IMG/VR virus record: IMGVR_UViG_3300042401_002002
Length of the DNA stretch: 64,000 bases
Strand: one strand, 5' to 3'
Source: a virus
Taxonomy: Duplodnaviria > Heunggongvirae > Uroviricota > Caudoviricetes
The notes beneath the pieces are model-generated. The model was given only the letters and a program-made list of their open reading frames with translations. It did no database searches and was not told the DNA's origin. This document shows positions 36,583 to 46,326 of this stretch, piece by piece (positions within the stretch are counted from its first letter, which is position 1; every line of letters begins with the position of its first letter). The translations under genes were made by a program, and so were the position numbers.

Positions 36583-37101
36583 TTAGTTAAATAGTTTAAT
36601 TATAGAAATTTTATTAATTTTTTGTTTTACAATTTCTTTAATTTTATATTTACCGTTAAAATAATCTTTTAAATTAATTTGACATTCTTTTGAAATTTTA
36701 CTGTATTCATTATGTTGTATTTCATTTGTATTTTTTAATATTACAGTAAATAATTGGGATGATAAATAATTATTTTCATTACCTAAATCATGTATCGTTA
36801 CATTGTATAGTATTTCAAAAGCTATAACTAGTTTAGTTGTTTCAAAACCTAATTTTTCGTAAAAAAAAACATATCTATTAATAGTTTTATCGTATTTATT
36901 TGTTTCTATATATTTAACTAATTTTTCTATACGACTATCAATAAGTAGTTTGTTAATATTTTTTGTATTATGATTAGATTTAACTATTAATATTAGTAAA
37001 TTATGTATTAACTTAATATAATCGGTATTAAGTAAGTTATCTACAAATTTGTAATGTAGATGATTGTTAAACGATTTTTTTGGACGTGCTACAAATTCCA
37101 T
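36583..37101 (-). CDS. Hypothetical protein
   Basis: ORF track, 172 aa. Confidence 0.6.
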   Translation of the reverse strand: MEFVARPKKSFNNHLHYKFVDNLLNTDYIKLIHNLLILIVKSNHNTKNINKLLIDSRIEKLVKYIETNKYDKTINRYVFFYEKLGFETTKLVIAFEILYNVTIHDLGNENNYLSSQLFTVILKNTNEIQHNEYSKISKECQINLKDYFNGKYKIKEIVKQKINKISIIKLFN

Positions 37102-37660
37102 AATATTTATTTATTTTATAATCAATTATTTTTTTTAATCTAAACATATAATTTAGTGATTTTTTATATTTTATAGATAATAATAAACAATCAATAAAGT
37201 TGATTTTGAAAAATTTAAGTAACATATTATTTGTGTTATCACTAAACATGTTCTGGTATTTTAAAAGAGATTTAAATAAATTATCATTTAAAATATCAAT
37301 AAAATTACCGTTTATTCTACTATTGAATAAATTAATATCCTCATTAGTTATGTTTTTAAAATATAAAATGGGTATTATATAATTTATATTTTTATCGTTA
37401 ATAACATAATTAAATAAATCACCATTATTAATATTGGTATAACAAAAATTTTGATAATTCTCTATTATAATATTATTTTCATTATTTTTATAATGATGTG
37501 TTTTAATTATGTCAGTACACATTGATAAAATTATTTCACCTATTTCGCTGTTTTTACCAGAAAAATCATACATATTTCCAATTAGTCTAAAACTGTGCGG
37601 AAAGTTATTATTTTCTTGTATTTCCATTCTAGGACTAGTAAATATATTTTCTAATGTCAT
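37067..37660 (-). CDS. Hypothetical protein
   Basis: ORF track, 197 aa; TATATTTG promoter box upstream. Confidence 0.6.
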   Translation of the reverse strand: MTLENIFTSPRMEIQENNNFPHSFRLIGNMYDFSGKNSEIGEIILSMCTDIIKTHHYKNNENNIIIENYQNFCYTNINNGDLFNYVINDKNINYIIPILYFKNITNEDINLFNSRINGNFIDILNDNLFKSLLKYQNMFSDNTNNMLLKFFKINFIDCLLLSIKYKKSLNYMFRLKKIIDYKINKYYGICSTSKKIV

Positions 37661-37768
37661 AACACTATTTATTTTGTTCTCAAATATATTAACTTATTTC
37701 AATAAATCAAAATTATTTTTGTTTTTTTTTTACTATTTATAATAAATAACCGTTAATCTAACTATTCA

Positions 37769-39385
37769 ATGTTTACAACCTACAACCTTAAAGTTAAGTC
37801 AATTTCTAATGTTGATGTTTTTGATAACATCGTGTACAACTACACGGGTCTGTTTCAAAAACTATACAACAACTTTGACCTTTCGGTTGATAAAAATTAC
37901 ATTGAGTCTTTGTGTAACACATTTAATATTTCACGTTCATTATATGATAACTGTGTGACCGATGTTAAAATGTCTTTAGAATCTCTAATCGAAATTAAAA
38001 AAGAAAAAGAGTTAGATATTATTGATGTTCAAAAACAACTTGATAAACTTAACAAGTTAGATAGATTATCTAAAAGACAAAAGAAGTTTAAAGTTAAACT
38101 TAAAAATAAACTTGTTAATTTAAAGAAATCTTTAAACAAAGATGTTACTTTTGGTGGCAAAGAATTGCTACGCAAAATAACTAAACTTTCTCAAAATACA
38201 GATAAAACTGATAAACAAGTTAAGTTACTTGAAAAATATAAACAACAGTTTTCTGAAAACAGAAAACGTAATGTATTTCTACAAGGTAGAGCTTGTGAGA
38301 GTGGTAACAGAAACATAGAGTTTCACTTAACCGAAGGTTATTTGATTTATAAGTTTGATAAAAACAATCACATAAGGTTTGATTTTAAACAACCTTATAA
38401 AAGTAAAAAACGTTTACAAAATTTACAAAAAATACAACAGTTAGTTAACAATAATCAGATAGCTTTAACAGTTAGATTAGATAAAAACCAAATATCATTA
38501 ACATTTGATAATGAAATTGTCAATGGTTATCAGTTTGACACTAAACTGTTGAATGAGTTAAAGAAAAAATATCCTTCAACTGATAAAAAGGTACACTACA
38601 AAACTGTTAAAGATGAACAAGCTAACAGAAAAAGTAAAGGTAAGGTTTTAAACAGATGTGCAGGTGTTGACTTAAACCCAAGTGAAATTGGGTTTAGTAT
38701 TATAGATGTGGGTTCTGATAATGAGGTACAAAGTATTATATTTCACAGAATATATGATGTGTCATACTACACAGATAAAAAGAATATCAAAGGTGCTAGA
38801 AAAAGTACGCAGCAAAAGATAAGAAACAAGTTCAAAAATGAACTTGCAGTAATATTTGATGATATAATTAGTTATTGTGTCCATTACAAAGTATGTTACT
38901 TTGGGTTGGAGGAATTGTTAAATATATCAAACTATAACACCGAAAGAGGTACTGAGTTTAACAGACAAATTAAAAATGTATGGAACAGAAATCTACAAGT
39001 TAATTTGTTAAAAGTAAGATGTGATGAACAAGGGATACAACTTATAGAAGTTGACCCAAAGTACAGTAGTGTTATAGGGAATTTATTATATGCCACTAAT
39101 TATGAACTACACGACTGTGTAGGTTCAAGTGTAGAAGTGGCGAGAAGAAGTTATACAAAATATCTTAGTGGTTGTCCTAATAGACTGTACCCATCTTTAG
39201 TGAACTATAAAAGTGAGTCATTGATTGAACGAACTGGCATAGCAGTAGCTAACAAAGAAAGTTGGGTAGAGATTTCGAGAGAAATTAAAAAGTCTAGTTA
39301 CGGAGCAGGGGGATGGTGGAGGTTAAAACCCTCCACCGTAGGTAAATACTTAAACAGTGAAACATCAATGGTTGTATATCATTGA
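37769..39385 (+). CDS. tnpB: Large TnpB-related RNA-guided nuclease
   Basis: VTFGGK, GNR; RuvC AGVDLNP, GLEEL, VDPKYSSVIG, LHDCVGSSVEVARR. Confidence 0.8.
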   Translation: MFTTYNLKVKSISNVDVFDNIVYNYTGLFQKLYNNFDLSVDKNYIESLCNTFNISRSLYDNCVTDVKMSLESLIEIKKEKELDIIDVQKQLDKLNKLDRLSKRQKKFKVKLKNKLVNLKKSLNKDVTFGGKELLRKITKLSQNTDKTDKQVKLLEKYKQQFSENRKRNVFLQGRACESGNRNIEFHLTEGYLIYKFDKNNHIRFDFKQPYKSKKRLQNLQKIQQLVNNNQIALTVRLDKNQISLTFDNEIVNGYQFDTKLLNELKKKYPSTDKKVHYKTVKDEQANRKSKGKVLNRCAGVDLNPSEIGFSIIDVGSDNEVQSIIFHRIYDVSYYTDKKNIKGARKSTQQKIRNKFKNELAVIFDDIISYCVHYKVCYFGLEELLNISNYNTERGTEFNRQIKNVWNRNLQVNLLKVRCDEQGIQLIEVDPKYSSVIGNLLYATNYELHDCVGSSVEVARRSYTKYLSGCPNRLYPSLVNYKSESLIERTGIAVANKESWVEISREIKKSSYGAGGWWRLKPSTVGKYLNSETSMVVYH

Positions 39386-39475
39386 GAATAATTGTTTATA
39401 TGTTTAATACCTCATAAATATCAAATTAAAAAATCTGGACTGACATGTATTATCAACCCAGATTCAAAATTAAGT

Positions 39476-40813
39476 TTATTTTCGTTTATTTGCTAAAAGT
39501 TCTTTATACCAATCAGCTCTTCTTGCTGTGATTATTTCTAAATCAAACTCATTTTTTACATCTTCAACAAATTGTTTAGTTAAATCAGTAATTAATTGCG
39601 GTTCGTTAGTTATTTTTTTCAAAATTTTAGCAAAATCACGGTCATCTTTAGCTATAAAACCATTAACACCATGTTTAATGTATTTAGTGTATACAGGGTT
39701 ATTAGAAACAATAGGTAATACTTGTTTTAGAGATGCTTCAGCAAGTTTTAATGGTGATTTACATCTGTTAAATTCGGTATCAACTAATGGAATTAATGAA
39801 ACATCTATATGGTCATAATGTTTCATATAAGAATTTACATTTTTTGTAAAATGTCTTACATAAGGTTGTTCTGAAGTGTTTGGATATTCTTCATCAACAT
39901 ATTTTTTAAGGTGTTCTAAATAATTATTATCTTTGATTAGTTTGTAGTTATCAGTAAATGTATTTTCATAACTATACCAAATATTTTCTTCAATTGGTAG
40001 TGGTAATTCTTTAAAACTTACAAAGTTATCTTTATATTTCTCTTTTAAATCATTTGGGATTGATTTAATTTTATTGATATCACCTAAAGCTTTGTTAAAT
40101 TCATTGAATACAACATTTAAATCAATTCTTCTGTTAATAAGTTCTTTAAGTAAGTCTTCATTTAACATACTCATCTTTTTTGAACCTCTTAAGTCAAAAC
40201 CGTGTAATGATGTTGTAATTTTTGATTGTAAGTTTTTATCTGCTGATAAAATTTGGAACATTGATTTCAATTCTTCAAAATCTTTACCATGTGAAGCACC
40301 ACCGATATAACCAACACGTATTTTATCACTTGATTTTCTATTGTATGAAAATTGAGGTGCTATATTTACTGTTGCAGCATTATTAAACACACCAATATTT
40401 TTATTAAACTGTCTTAAAAAATTAGCAAAATAATCTGTTGTTGTTGATATTGCATCAGCGTATTTTAAACCACCTAAGATTTGTACATCTCTTTTTTCAG
40501 TTTTAATTAAGTGATACATTGGGTGTGACGGGTGTAATCTAGGATTATCATCTATATCAATAATGCTAACAATACCTAAACTATCAAAAAATGTTTTCAT
40601 TTGTTGATTTTCGCCATGTAAACTTTGGTGGAAATGAACAATATCATATTGAGCTAATTCTTCAAATGTTGTTTGAGTGAAATCTTGTTTAATTGTTACA
40701 TCAAATTCATTATCATGGTTTTGTTGCAACATTATTGCTGGTAAGTAAGTTCTCCAGTAAAAAACACCTGCTTGGTCCTGGTTTACGAATAAAATTTTAA
40801 TTTTTTTGTTCAT
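39476..40813 (-). CDS. Glycosyltransferase (GT-B fold)
   Basis: GVFYWR, DIDD, GYIGGASHGKD, PLVDTEFNRCKSPLKLAE, HGVNGF. Confidence 0.85.
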   Translation of the reverse strand: MNKKIKILFVNQDQAGVFYWRTYLPAIMLQQNHDNEFDVTIKQDFTQTTFEELAQYDIVHFHQSLHGENQQMKTFFDSLGIVSIIDIDDNPRLHPSHPMYHLIKTEKRDVQILGGLKYADAISTTTDYFANFLRQFNKNIGVFNNAATVNIAPQFSYNRKSSDKIRVGYIGGASHGKDFEELKSMFQILSADKNLQSKITTSLHGFDLRGSKKMSMLNEDLLKELINRRIDLNVVFNEFNKALGDINKIKSIPNDLKEKYKDNFVSFKELPLPIEENIWYSYENTFTDNYKLIKDNNYLEHLKKYVDEEYPNTSEQPYVRHFTKNVNSYMKHYDHIDVSLIPLVDTEFNRCKSPLKLAEASLKQVLPIVSNNPVYTKYIKHGVNGFIAKDDRDFAKILKKITNEPQLITDLTKQFVEDVKNEFDLEIITARRADWYKELLANKRK

Positions 40814-40897
40814 TTTGAAAAGTTTTATAAAAAGTTTGTAAAAATTTGGTTATTTAAAAGAAACGAACTAATAACCTTTTTTAATATTCACAATATA

Positions 40898-41623
40898 ATG
40901 GAAAAAAACAACAATAACAAGCAAACAGGTAAAAATATTTTGATTTTAATCTTATTATTTTTACTAGGTATTATATCTATTTGGTTTTTAAATAATTATA
41001 ATCGAATTAAATCTTATGAAGATTTAAAAAAAGAAAAAGAGTTTGTTCAAACTTTGAATGATTCTATTCATACATATAAAAATGAAAAAGGACAATTAGT
41101 TTATGAAAAAGCTGCACTTAAAGCTGATTTTAGATTAATGAAAAAATATAATGATAGTCTATCTACAACAACTAAACGTCTTTTTGAAAACTTTAAAAAA
41201 GATAAGAATATTATTTCATCTATGAATGTTCAAATAGAATATTTAAGAAGTCAATTAATTAATAATAATGGTGTTGTAGATACGAATAGTAATTCTGTTA
41301 GTTTTAAGGATAGTACTGAAACATTATTTTATAAGTTATCTATTAATAATGTTAAAACAATTAAAAATAAAAAACCTGAATTAGTTATTGATACAATAAA
41401 AACATTTAGTTCTATTGATATTACAACAAAAAAAGATTCATCAGGTGCTATTAAAACTGTTATAACACCTCAAGATTCAACTACTAAAGTTAAAGATACT
41501 GATTCAGTTGTTGAAGACACTAAACCTAAAGATAATAATACAGGTAATACTTTAAAAGATAAATTAAAAACAGGTAGTTTAGGTGTTGTTATAGGGATTG
41601 TAATAGCTTTGATATTATTTTAA
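40898..41623 (+). CDS. Membrane-anchored coiled-coil protein (spanin-like candidate)
   Basis: N- and C-terminal TM segments, coiled coil. Confidence 0.55.
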   Translation: MEKNNNNKQTGKNILILILLFLLGIISIWFLNNYNRIKSYEDLKKEKEFVQTLNDSIHTYKNEKGQLVYEKAALKADFRLMKKYNDSLSTTTKRLFENFKKDKNIISSMNVQIEYLRSQLINNNGVVDTNSNSVSFKDSTETLFYKLSINNVKTIKNKKPELVIDTIKTFSSIDITTKKDSSGAIKTVITPQDSTTKVKDTDSVVEDTKPKDNNTGNTLKDKLKTGSLGVVIGIVIALILF

Positions 41624-41671
41624 ATAAAACAAAAATTAAAACTATTTATAATTATAAAATTAAATATACAA

Positions 41672-42160
41672 ATGACTCCTATAATAATGAATGAATTTGT
41701 TGAAACTGTTAATGGTGTTGTGCAACAAATTAAAGGTGGTGTGCCAGAGATAGATGATGATTCACTTTCTTCTTCAAATAAAACAAGTGATGAGATTGAA
41801 CAACAAATGACAACTAAAAACATGGCTCCTTGGGGTACCGGAATTGGTTTGGGATACATAACTGGACCTGTTTTTGAAGGAAATGATAAAGATATTGTTG
41901 AGAATGTAATTGATAAAAATAAAGTGTCTGCTTTGGATTTATTAACTATGGATGAAGATGCACCTTCAGCTGATGAAGATGATGAATCTGAATATATCGA
42001 TAGAACTAAAAAGTTTGCCGAAGTATTTAATGATTTCTTTGACGATGAAGAAAAAATGAAAGCTCTTAATATTTTGTTTGATAGATTACATATTTACGAT
42101 ATTGAAGGTAAATACAAAAAATCTTTGTTGAATAAATTCAAAGATAAACTTTTTAACTAA
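41672..42160 (+). CDS. Hypothetical acidic protein
   Basis: ORF track, 162 aa; upstream CTATTTAT motif. Confidence 0.7.
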   Translation: MTPIIMNEFVETVNGVVQQIKGGVPEIDDDSLSSSNKTSDEIEQQMTTKNMAPWGTGIGLGYITGPVFEGNDKDIVENVIDKNKVSALDLLTMDEDAPSADEDDESEYIDRTKKFAEVFNDFFDDEEKMKALNILFDRLHIYDIEGKYKKSLLNKFKDKLFN

Positions 42161-42180
42161 TAAACTAAAATAAACATAAA

Positions 42181-43479
42181 ATGAGCAAACATAATAAATT
42201 CAATATTGATGTTAAATTATTCAATGATGAATATTTTGATGTTGTTTTGTGTTTTGATGAAAAAACTGATTTAGATAATATGTCTTGTGGATTAAATTTA
42301 TATACTGATGGGTTGATTTGTTATATTGATACAACAAATCCTTTATCATGGAATGGAAATACTGATTATTCAGTTGTTTCTTTGGTTTCATATCCACAAG
42401 CTATTGTTAGTGCAAATACAATTTCAAATAATGGTTTAACTTTCTTCGATTATGGAAAGAGTTCTGTTATGTCTGGTGATACTTTAGTTATTAATTACAC
42501 AGATAGATATTTAAAACTTAATTCTGTTAAGTATAATGATGTTAGTGGTAATACTTTCCCTTTAGGTACAGTAACTAGTGGTTCAACAACTAATGGTAAT
42601 TATTTAACTTTGAGTGGTGGTTCTTATTTTAATAATTATTTTAAGTTAGATTCTTATAATTATGAAATATTACCTTATCGTTATCAATATGGTTTAACTA
42701 TTGAAACTCAGGTAGAATTAACAAATAATTTATTTGGTTCTATAACAGGTTATACTGGTGGTTTCTTTTTGTTTTTAGGTGCTAAGGCTGAAAATAAATA
42801 TTTAACATCTTATACAGGTAGAACTTATGTAGATATTTCTGGTAATACAATTACTACTAGTGGTGAAACTTTTTTAAACACTACTTTAGACACACCTTTG
42901 AATCCTATTTCTGGTTCAACTGATTTTAATACTGATTTATATGAAAATGTTTTTGGTTTTAAGTTTAATCAAGATAAATCAATAACATTTAGATTTGTAA
43001 ATGAATTTGGTGATGTTAATGAATATAAATCATTTAACACAATAACTGATTTAGGTTGGTCATTAATTTCTATTGTTTATAAACCATACGGTGATATAAA
43101 GAATTTTAATCAAAATAAAGCATGTACTTCTTCTAGAGAAGGTTCTTTGGAAATATATGTAAATGGTGAAATCTTCTTTTCATTAGAAAATATAAAAGAA
43201 ATCTGGTTTAAATCTTTAAATGAATCACCTGATAAAATAATTGGTGTACCATATAACATTTCATGGGGCGGTGGTTCTTATGGATTAAAAAATTCATACA
43301 GAATAGATGAAACAAACCCATTTACTTATTATCATCCAACTAATGTTGATAATTTGTTGATTGAATCTAATTTTAATGGTTCGATTAACACAAATATACA
43401 AAAATTAAGGATTTATGAAAAACCGCTTAATTTTACACAAATTAGAAACAACTATAGATACGAACAATCATTATTTTAA
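42181..43479 (+). CDS. LamG/concanavalin-like virion protein
   Basis: W.LISIVY...LEIYVNG...FNGSI...LRIYEKPL....IRNNY. Confidence 0.7.
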   Translation: MSKHNKFNIDVKLFNDEYFDVVLCFDEKTDLDNMSCGLNLYTDGLICYIDTTNPLSWNGNTDYSVVSLVSYPQAIVSANTISNNGLTFFDYGKSSVMSGDTLVINYTDRYLKLNSVKYNDVSGNTFPLGTVTSGSTTNGNYLTLSGGSYFNNYFKLDSYNYEILPYRYQYGLTIETQVELTNNLFGSITGYTGGFFLFLGAKAENKYLTSYTGRTYVDISGNTITTSGETFLNTTLDTPLNPISGSTDFNTDLYENVFGFKFNQDKSITFRFVNEFGDVNEYKSFNTITDLGWSLISIVYKPYGDIKNFNQNKACTSSREGSLEIYVNGEIFFSLENIKEIWFKSLNESPDKIIGVPYNISWGGGSYGLKNSYRIDETNPFTYYHPTNVDNLLIESNFNGSINTNIQKLRIYEKPLNFTQIRNNYRYEQSLF

Positions 43480-43482
43480 GGC

Positions 43483-43920
43483 ATGGAAAGTTGGTTAAGA
43501 GAAGAACTTGATTCAATAATTAAGAATTATAAATCAGGTATTAATGAATCTGAAAGTTTAGAGGAAGCTGTTTATAAAGGTAGGAAAGTGCCTTTGAGAA
43601 AAATAATGCGTGGTGACGTTAAAAAGTTCAAAGTTTATGTTAATTCTGGTAAGAAAGATTCAGATGGCAACGTTAGAGCTTTAAGAATTGACTTTGGGCA
43701 CGGTGGCAGCTCGGCTAAGTCTAAAAATCAAAAGACAATGGAAATTAAACGTGATAATCCGAAAAGAAGAAAAGCTTTTAGAGCTAGATTTAATTGCGAT
43801 AACCCAGGACCTGATACTAGTGCGAGATACTGGAGTTGCCGTACATGGACCGCTAAAGATAAAGTAAGTGATTTACTTAAAGAAATCATAAAAGAAGAAT
43901 TGAAAAACCTAACTAATTAA
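43483..43920 (+). CDS. Basic phage hypothetical protein
   Basis: KKFKVYV...IDFG...RRKAFRARFNCD...ARYWSCRTW. Confidence 0.7.
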   Translation: MESWLREELDSIIKNYKSGINESESLEEAVYKGRKVPLRKIMRGDVKKFKVYVNSGKKDSDGNVRALRIDFGHGGSSAKSKNQKTMEIKRDNPKRRKAFRARFNCDNPGPDTSARYWSCRTWTAKDKVSDLLKEIIKEELKNLTN

Positions 43921-43931
43921 GTTAGGTTTTT
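43903..43931. terminator. Bidirectional intrinsic terminator
   Basis: AAAAACCTAACT...AGTTAGGTTTTT. Confidence 0.7.
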
Positions 43932-43936
43932 TGTTT

Positions 43937-44089
43937 CTACATAATTCTTCCATAAATAACTAATTGATTATTATGTAATTTTCTAAGAATGTCACCATCA
44001 AATGTTTCGCTAGTTCTAAGAAATAAACACATCATATTTGATGCATAATTGAAAGGTAGTACGAGTCTTTTGTCTATTATTAATTTCAT
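43937..44089 (-). CDS. MKL-family microprotein (50 aa)
   Basis: MKLIIDKRLVLPFNYASNMMCLFLRTSETFDGDILRKLHNNQLVIYGRIM. Confidence 0.75.
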   Translation of the reverse strand: MKLIIDKRLVLPFNYASNMMCLFLRTSETFDGDILRKLHNNQLVIYGRIM

Positions 44090-44217
44090 CTTGGAACTAT
44101 TATTAATTTATTTTTATAGTGTCTAATATCAGTTTTGGTTCCTATTAATGTTGGAATAAAAACTGAACAAAATTTCCAATCTCGGTCATTACTTTTGTTT
44201 TTTATTACAAGTTTCAT
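44086..44217 (-). CDS. MKL-family microprotein (43 aa)
   Basis: MKLVIKNKSNDRDWKFCSVFIPTLIGTKTDIRHYKNKLIIVPR. Confidence 0.8.
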   Translation of the reverse strand: MKLVIKNKSNDRDWKFCSVFIPTLIGTKTDIRHYKNKLIIVPR

Positions 44218-44345
44218 ATTTCCTCGTATCTTGATAATATTATTAACTTATTGTAAATTCTAAAACCAATTAATCTATCTTCTAGGTAATCTTGATATAT
44301 TTCAAAGTCAATTTTAAGATGTTGGGTGTGAATGTCTAATTTCAT
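44214..44345 (-). CDS. MKL-family microprotein (43 aa)
   Basis: MKLDIHTQHLKIDFEIYQDYLEDRLIGFRIYNKLIILSRYEEI. Confidence 0.78.
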   Translation of the reverse strand: MKLDIHTQHLKIDFEIYQDYLEDRLIGFRIYNKLIILSRYEEI

Positions 44346-44349
44346 TGTA

Positions 44350-44592
44350 TTATACAATTTTAAGTAATTCAGTTAATGACTTGACCATTATTTTATCAAA
44401 ATTACCTTCTATTTTATCAGTTATTTGTAAATATAACATATCTTTAAAATTATTATCACTAACACATAACTTGATATTGTTATAAATAAATTCAAAACCT
44501 TCATCATTTATTTTAAAATCAATTATAACATTATATTCTTTTTGAATAAGTGTAATATAATTATTACAAAAGTTTGTATACATAATTTTCAT
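44350..44592 (-). CDS. Hypothetical protein
   Basis: ORF track, 80 aa; ATGA-coupled to the upstream microprotein. Confidence 0.65.
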   Translation of the reverse strand: MKIMYTNFCNNYITLIQKEYNVIIDFKINDEGFEFIYNNIKLCVSDNNFKDMLYLQITDKIEGNFDKIMVKSLTELLKIV

Positions 44593-44711
44593 CTTCTAAC
44601 TATTATTAATTTATTGGACCAATATTTGACACTACCGCAACTTGCACTAATATTTCTAGGAACATTAATATGAAAACTAGTTAAACTTATTGTTTTTATT
44701 TCAAGTTTCAT
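44589..44711 (-). CDS. MKL-family microprotein (40 aa)
   Basis: MKLEIKTISLTSFHINVPRNISASCGSVKYWSNKLIIVRR. Confidence 0.8.
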   Translation of the reverse strand: MKLEIKTISLTSFHINVPRNISASCGSVKYWSNKLIIVRR

Positions 44712-45637
44712 TTTACATATTTTTTAACTTCATCAATTCCTTTATGTCTGTGAATTTCATTTAAATCCAACAAAGTTTTTTTACCATCAATAACACCTTC
44801 GTCTTTTAAATGAACATTTACAATATACTCAATATTAAACAACTTAAGTTGTTCTTCTATGTCAATTGAGTTATTTTTAGCATCAGGGTCAAGTATTAAT
44901 ATTACCGAACTATTGTTTTCAATCAACCTATTCATTAGGTGTGGTGTTAACACTTTACCAGCTAAAGGTATTGTATTTATTGGTATTGTGGTTAAATCCG
45001 GATAACCTTCAACTAAATAAACTGGGTGGTTCCAATTGATATTAGACTCGTTTAAGATAATCTCTTTTTTCTCCACTTTTGATGCATCGTAAGCAGGTTT
45101 AATTTCTTTTCTGAATGAACGTGCTATGAAGAAATTTAACTTCTTAAAACGGTTATATGAAGGGAATATGATGCGTCCTTTGTACCAACCTTCTAAACAG
45201 AATCCAACATTTAAATATCTTAATGTATTATCTGTTATTTTTCTGTCATTTATAACATAATTATAAGCTTCTAAATGTTCTATGTTTGTTTTATCCATTT
45301 GTGTGAATGGAATAAACTCTTTTGGTAAAGTAACATAAGTGTTTTTCTTTTTCTCAACTGTTTCACCTATGTCAATGAGGTTGTAATCCATGTATGCTTT
45401 GTAATCTTCTTTTGAAGCATACTTTTTTAACATATAATGAACCTTTCCTCTGTATCCACATTTCCAGCAATTGTAAATGTGTTTGTTTGGTTGTAACGTA
45501 ATACCTAGGTTATGTTTGCCATCAGGTTCTTCACCATTTTCTTCAGCACATCTTGGACAATTAAAATCCAATGTGCTTGCGTTTGCGTGAGTATGTTTAG
45601 GTTTACCTAGTGTTCTGATTAGTATGTCTAATAACAT
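44708..45637 (-). CDS. DNA primase (zinc finger plus TOPRIM)
   Basis: CPRC...CWKC zinc finger, GRIIFP, LVEGYPD, LDPDA, DLNE. Confidence 0.88.
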   Translation of the reverse strand: MLLDILIRTLGKPKHTHANASTLDFNCPRCAEENGEEPDGKHNLGITLQPNKHIYNCWKCGYRGKVHYMLKKYASKEDYKAYMDYNLIDIGETVEKKKNTYVTLPKEFIPFTQMDKTNIEHLEAYNYVINDRKITDNTLRYLNVGFCLEGWYKGRIIFPSYNRFKKLNFFIARSFRKEIKPAYDASKVEKKEIILNESNINWNHPVYLVEGYPDLTTIPINTIPLAGKVLTPHLMNRLIENNSSVILILDPDAKNNSIDIEEQLKLFNIEYIVNVHLKDEGVIDGKKTLLDLNEIHRHKGIDEVKKYVK

Positions 45638-45642
45638 GATTT

Positions 45643-45774
45643 TTATCTTATGTAAATTATTAATTCATTAAAAAAATCTTGTTCTTTGAAGAGTTTTAAA
45701 TAATACTGGTCGTTTATTAAAACATTTTCAAATGTATCTGTATGGTCTACTATACCGTTTATTTTAAGTTTCAT
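45643..45774 (-). CDS. MKL-family microprotein (43 aa)
   Basis: MKLKINGIVDHTDTFENVLINDQYYLKLFKEQDFFNELIIYIR. Confidence 0.8.
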   Translation of the reverse strand: MKLKINGIVDHTDTFENVLINDQYYLKLFKEQDFFNELIIYIR

Positions 45775-45920
45775 CTTTTTCTAACTAACATTAAATTTAA
45801 TAAACCACATTCATTGAAATTGCTATAAATGTAATTGGTTGAATATTGTTGAGTAATTTCTTTGTACAACCAATATTCTTTATTGAATTCTCGTCTTGTT
45901 ATTTCAATTCCAAGTTTCAT
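45771..45920 (-). CDS. MKL-family microprotein (49 aa)
   Basis: MKLGIEITRREFNKEYWLYKEITQQYSTNYIYSNFNECGLLNLMLVRKR. Confidence 0.8.
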   Translation of the reverse strand: MKLGIEITRREFNKEYWLYKEITQQYSTNYIYSNFNECGLLNLMLVRKR

Positions 45921-46060
45921 CTTTTTCTAATAATTAACATATCTAATAACATATCACTATTAAGATAAATTTATTTATCATCAAATTTATTTATTTTTTT
46001 ATATATCCAATATTCGCTATCAAACTGTAATGTCGGATTTATGTCTGTTATAAGTTTCAT
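45917..46060 (-). pseudogene. MKL-family microprotein with an in-frame TAA at codon 30
   Basis: MKLITDINPTLQFDSEYWIYKKINKFDDK*IYLNSDMLLDMLIIRKR; TAA at 45971-45973. Confidence 0.75.
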
Positions 46061-46203
46061 CTTTTTCTAATAATTAATATATCCATTAACATATTACGTT
46101 CATCGTTTAGTAGATAATTGTTTAATTTATTTATTGATTTAAACATCCAATATTCGTTATTGAAAGATAAATTTATTCCAGTTTTTTCAATCCAAAGTTT
46201 CAT
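46057..46203 (-). CDS. MKL-family microprotein (48 aa)
   Basis: MKLWIEKTGINLSFNNEYWMFKSINKLNNYLLNDERNMLMDILIIRKR. Confidence 0.8.
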   Translation of the reverse strand: MKLWIEKTGINLSFNNEYWMFKSINKLNNYLLNDERNMLMDILIIRKR

Positions 46204-46325
46204 CTTTTTCTAATAGTTAACATATCACATTTATGTAAACCTATACGTTTTTCTTGAATAAGTTTATAAATAAGATTATATTTATTGAAAGTTAAATCAA
46301 TATTTACGTTTATACCAAGTTTCAT
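46200..46325 (-). CDS. MKL-family microprotein (41 aa)
   Basis: MKLGINVNIDLTFNKYNLIYKLIQEKRIGLHKCDMLTIRKR. Confidence 0.8.
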   Translation of the reverse strand: MKLGINVNIDLTFNKYNLIYKLIQEKRIGLHKCDMLTIRKR

Positions 46326-46326
46326 C

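Larger units (their letters stand above)
43937..44711 (-). repeat. Microprotein array 5: 4 members plus one interposed 80-aa gene
   Basis: ATGs at 44711, (44592), 44345, 44217, 44089; the first overlaps the primase stop. Confidence 0.88.
45643..46325 (-). repeat. Microprotein array 6: 5 units, four junctions TTAGAAAAAGATGAAACTT
   Basis: ATGs at 46325, 46203, 46060, 45920, 45774. Confidence 0.93.
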
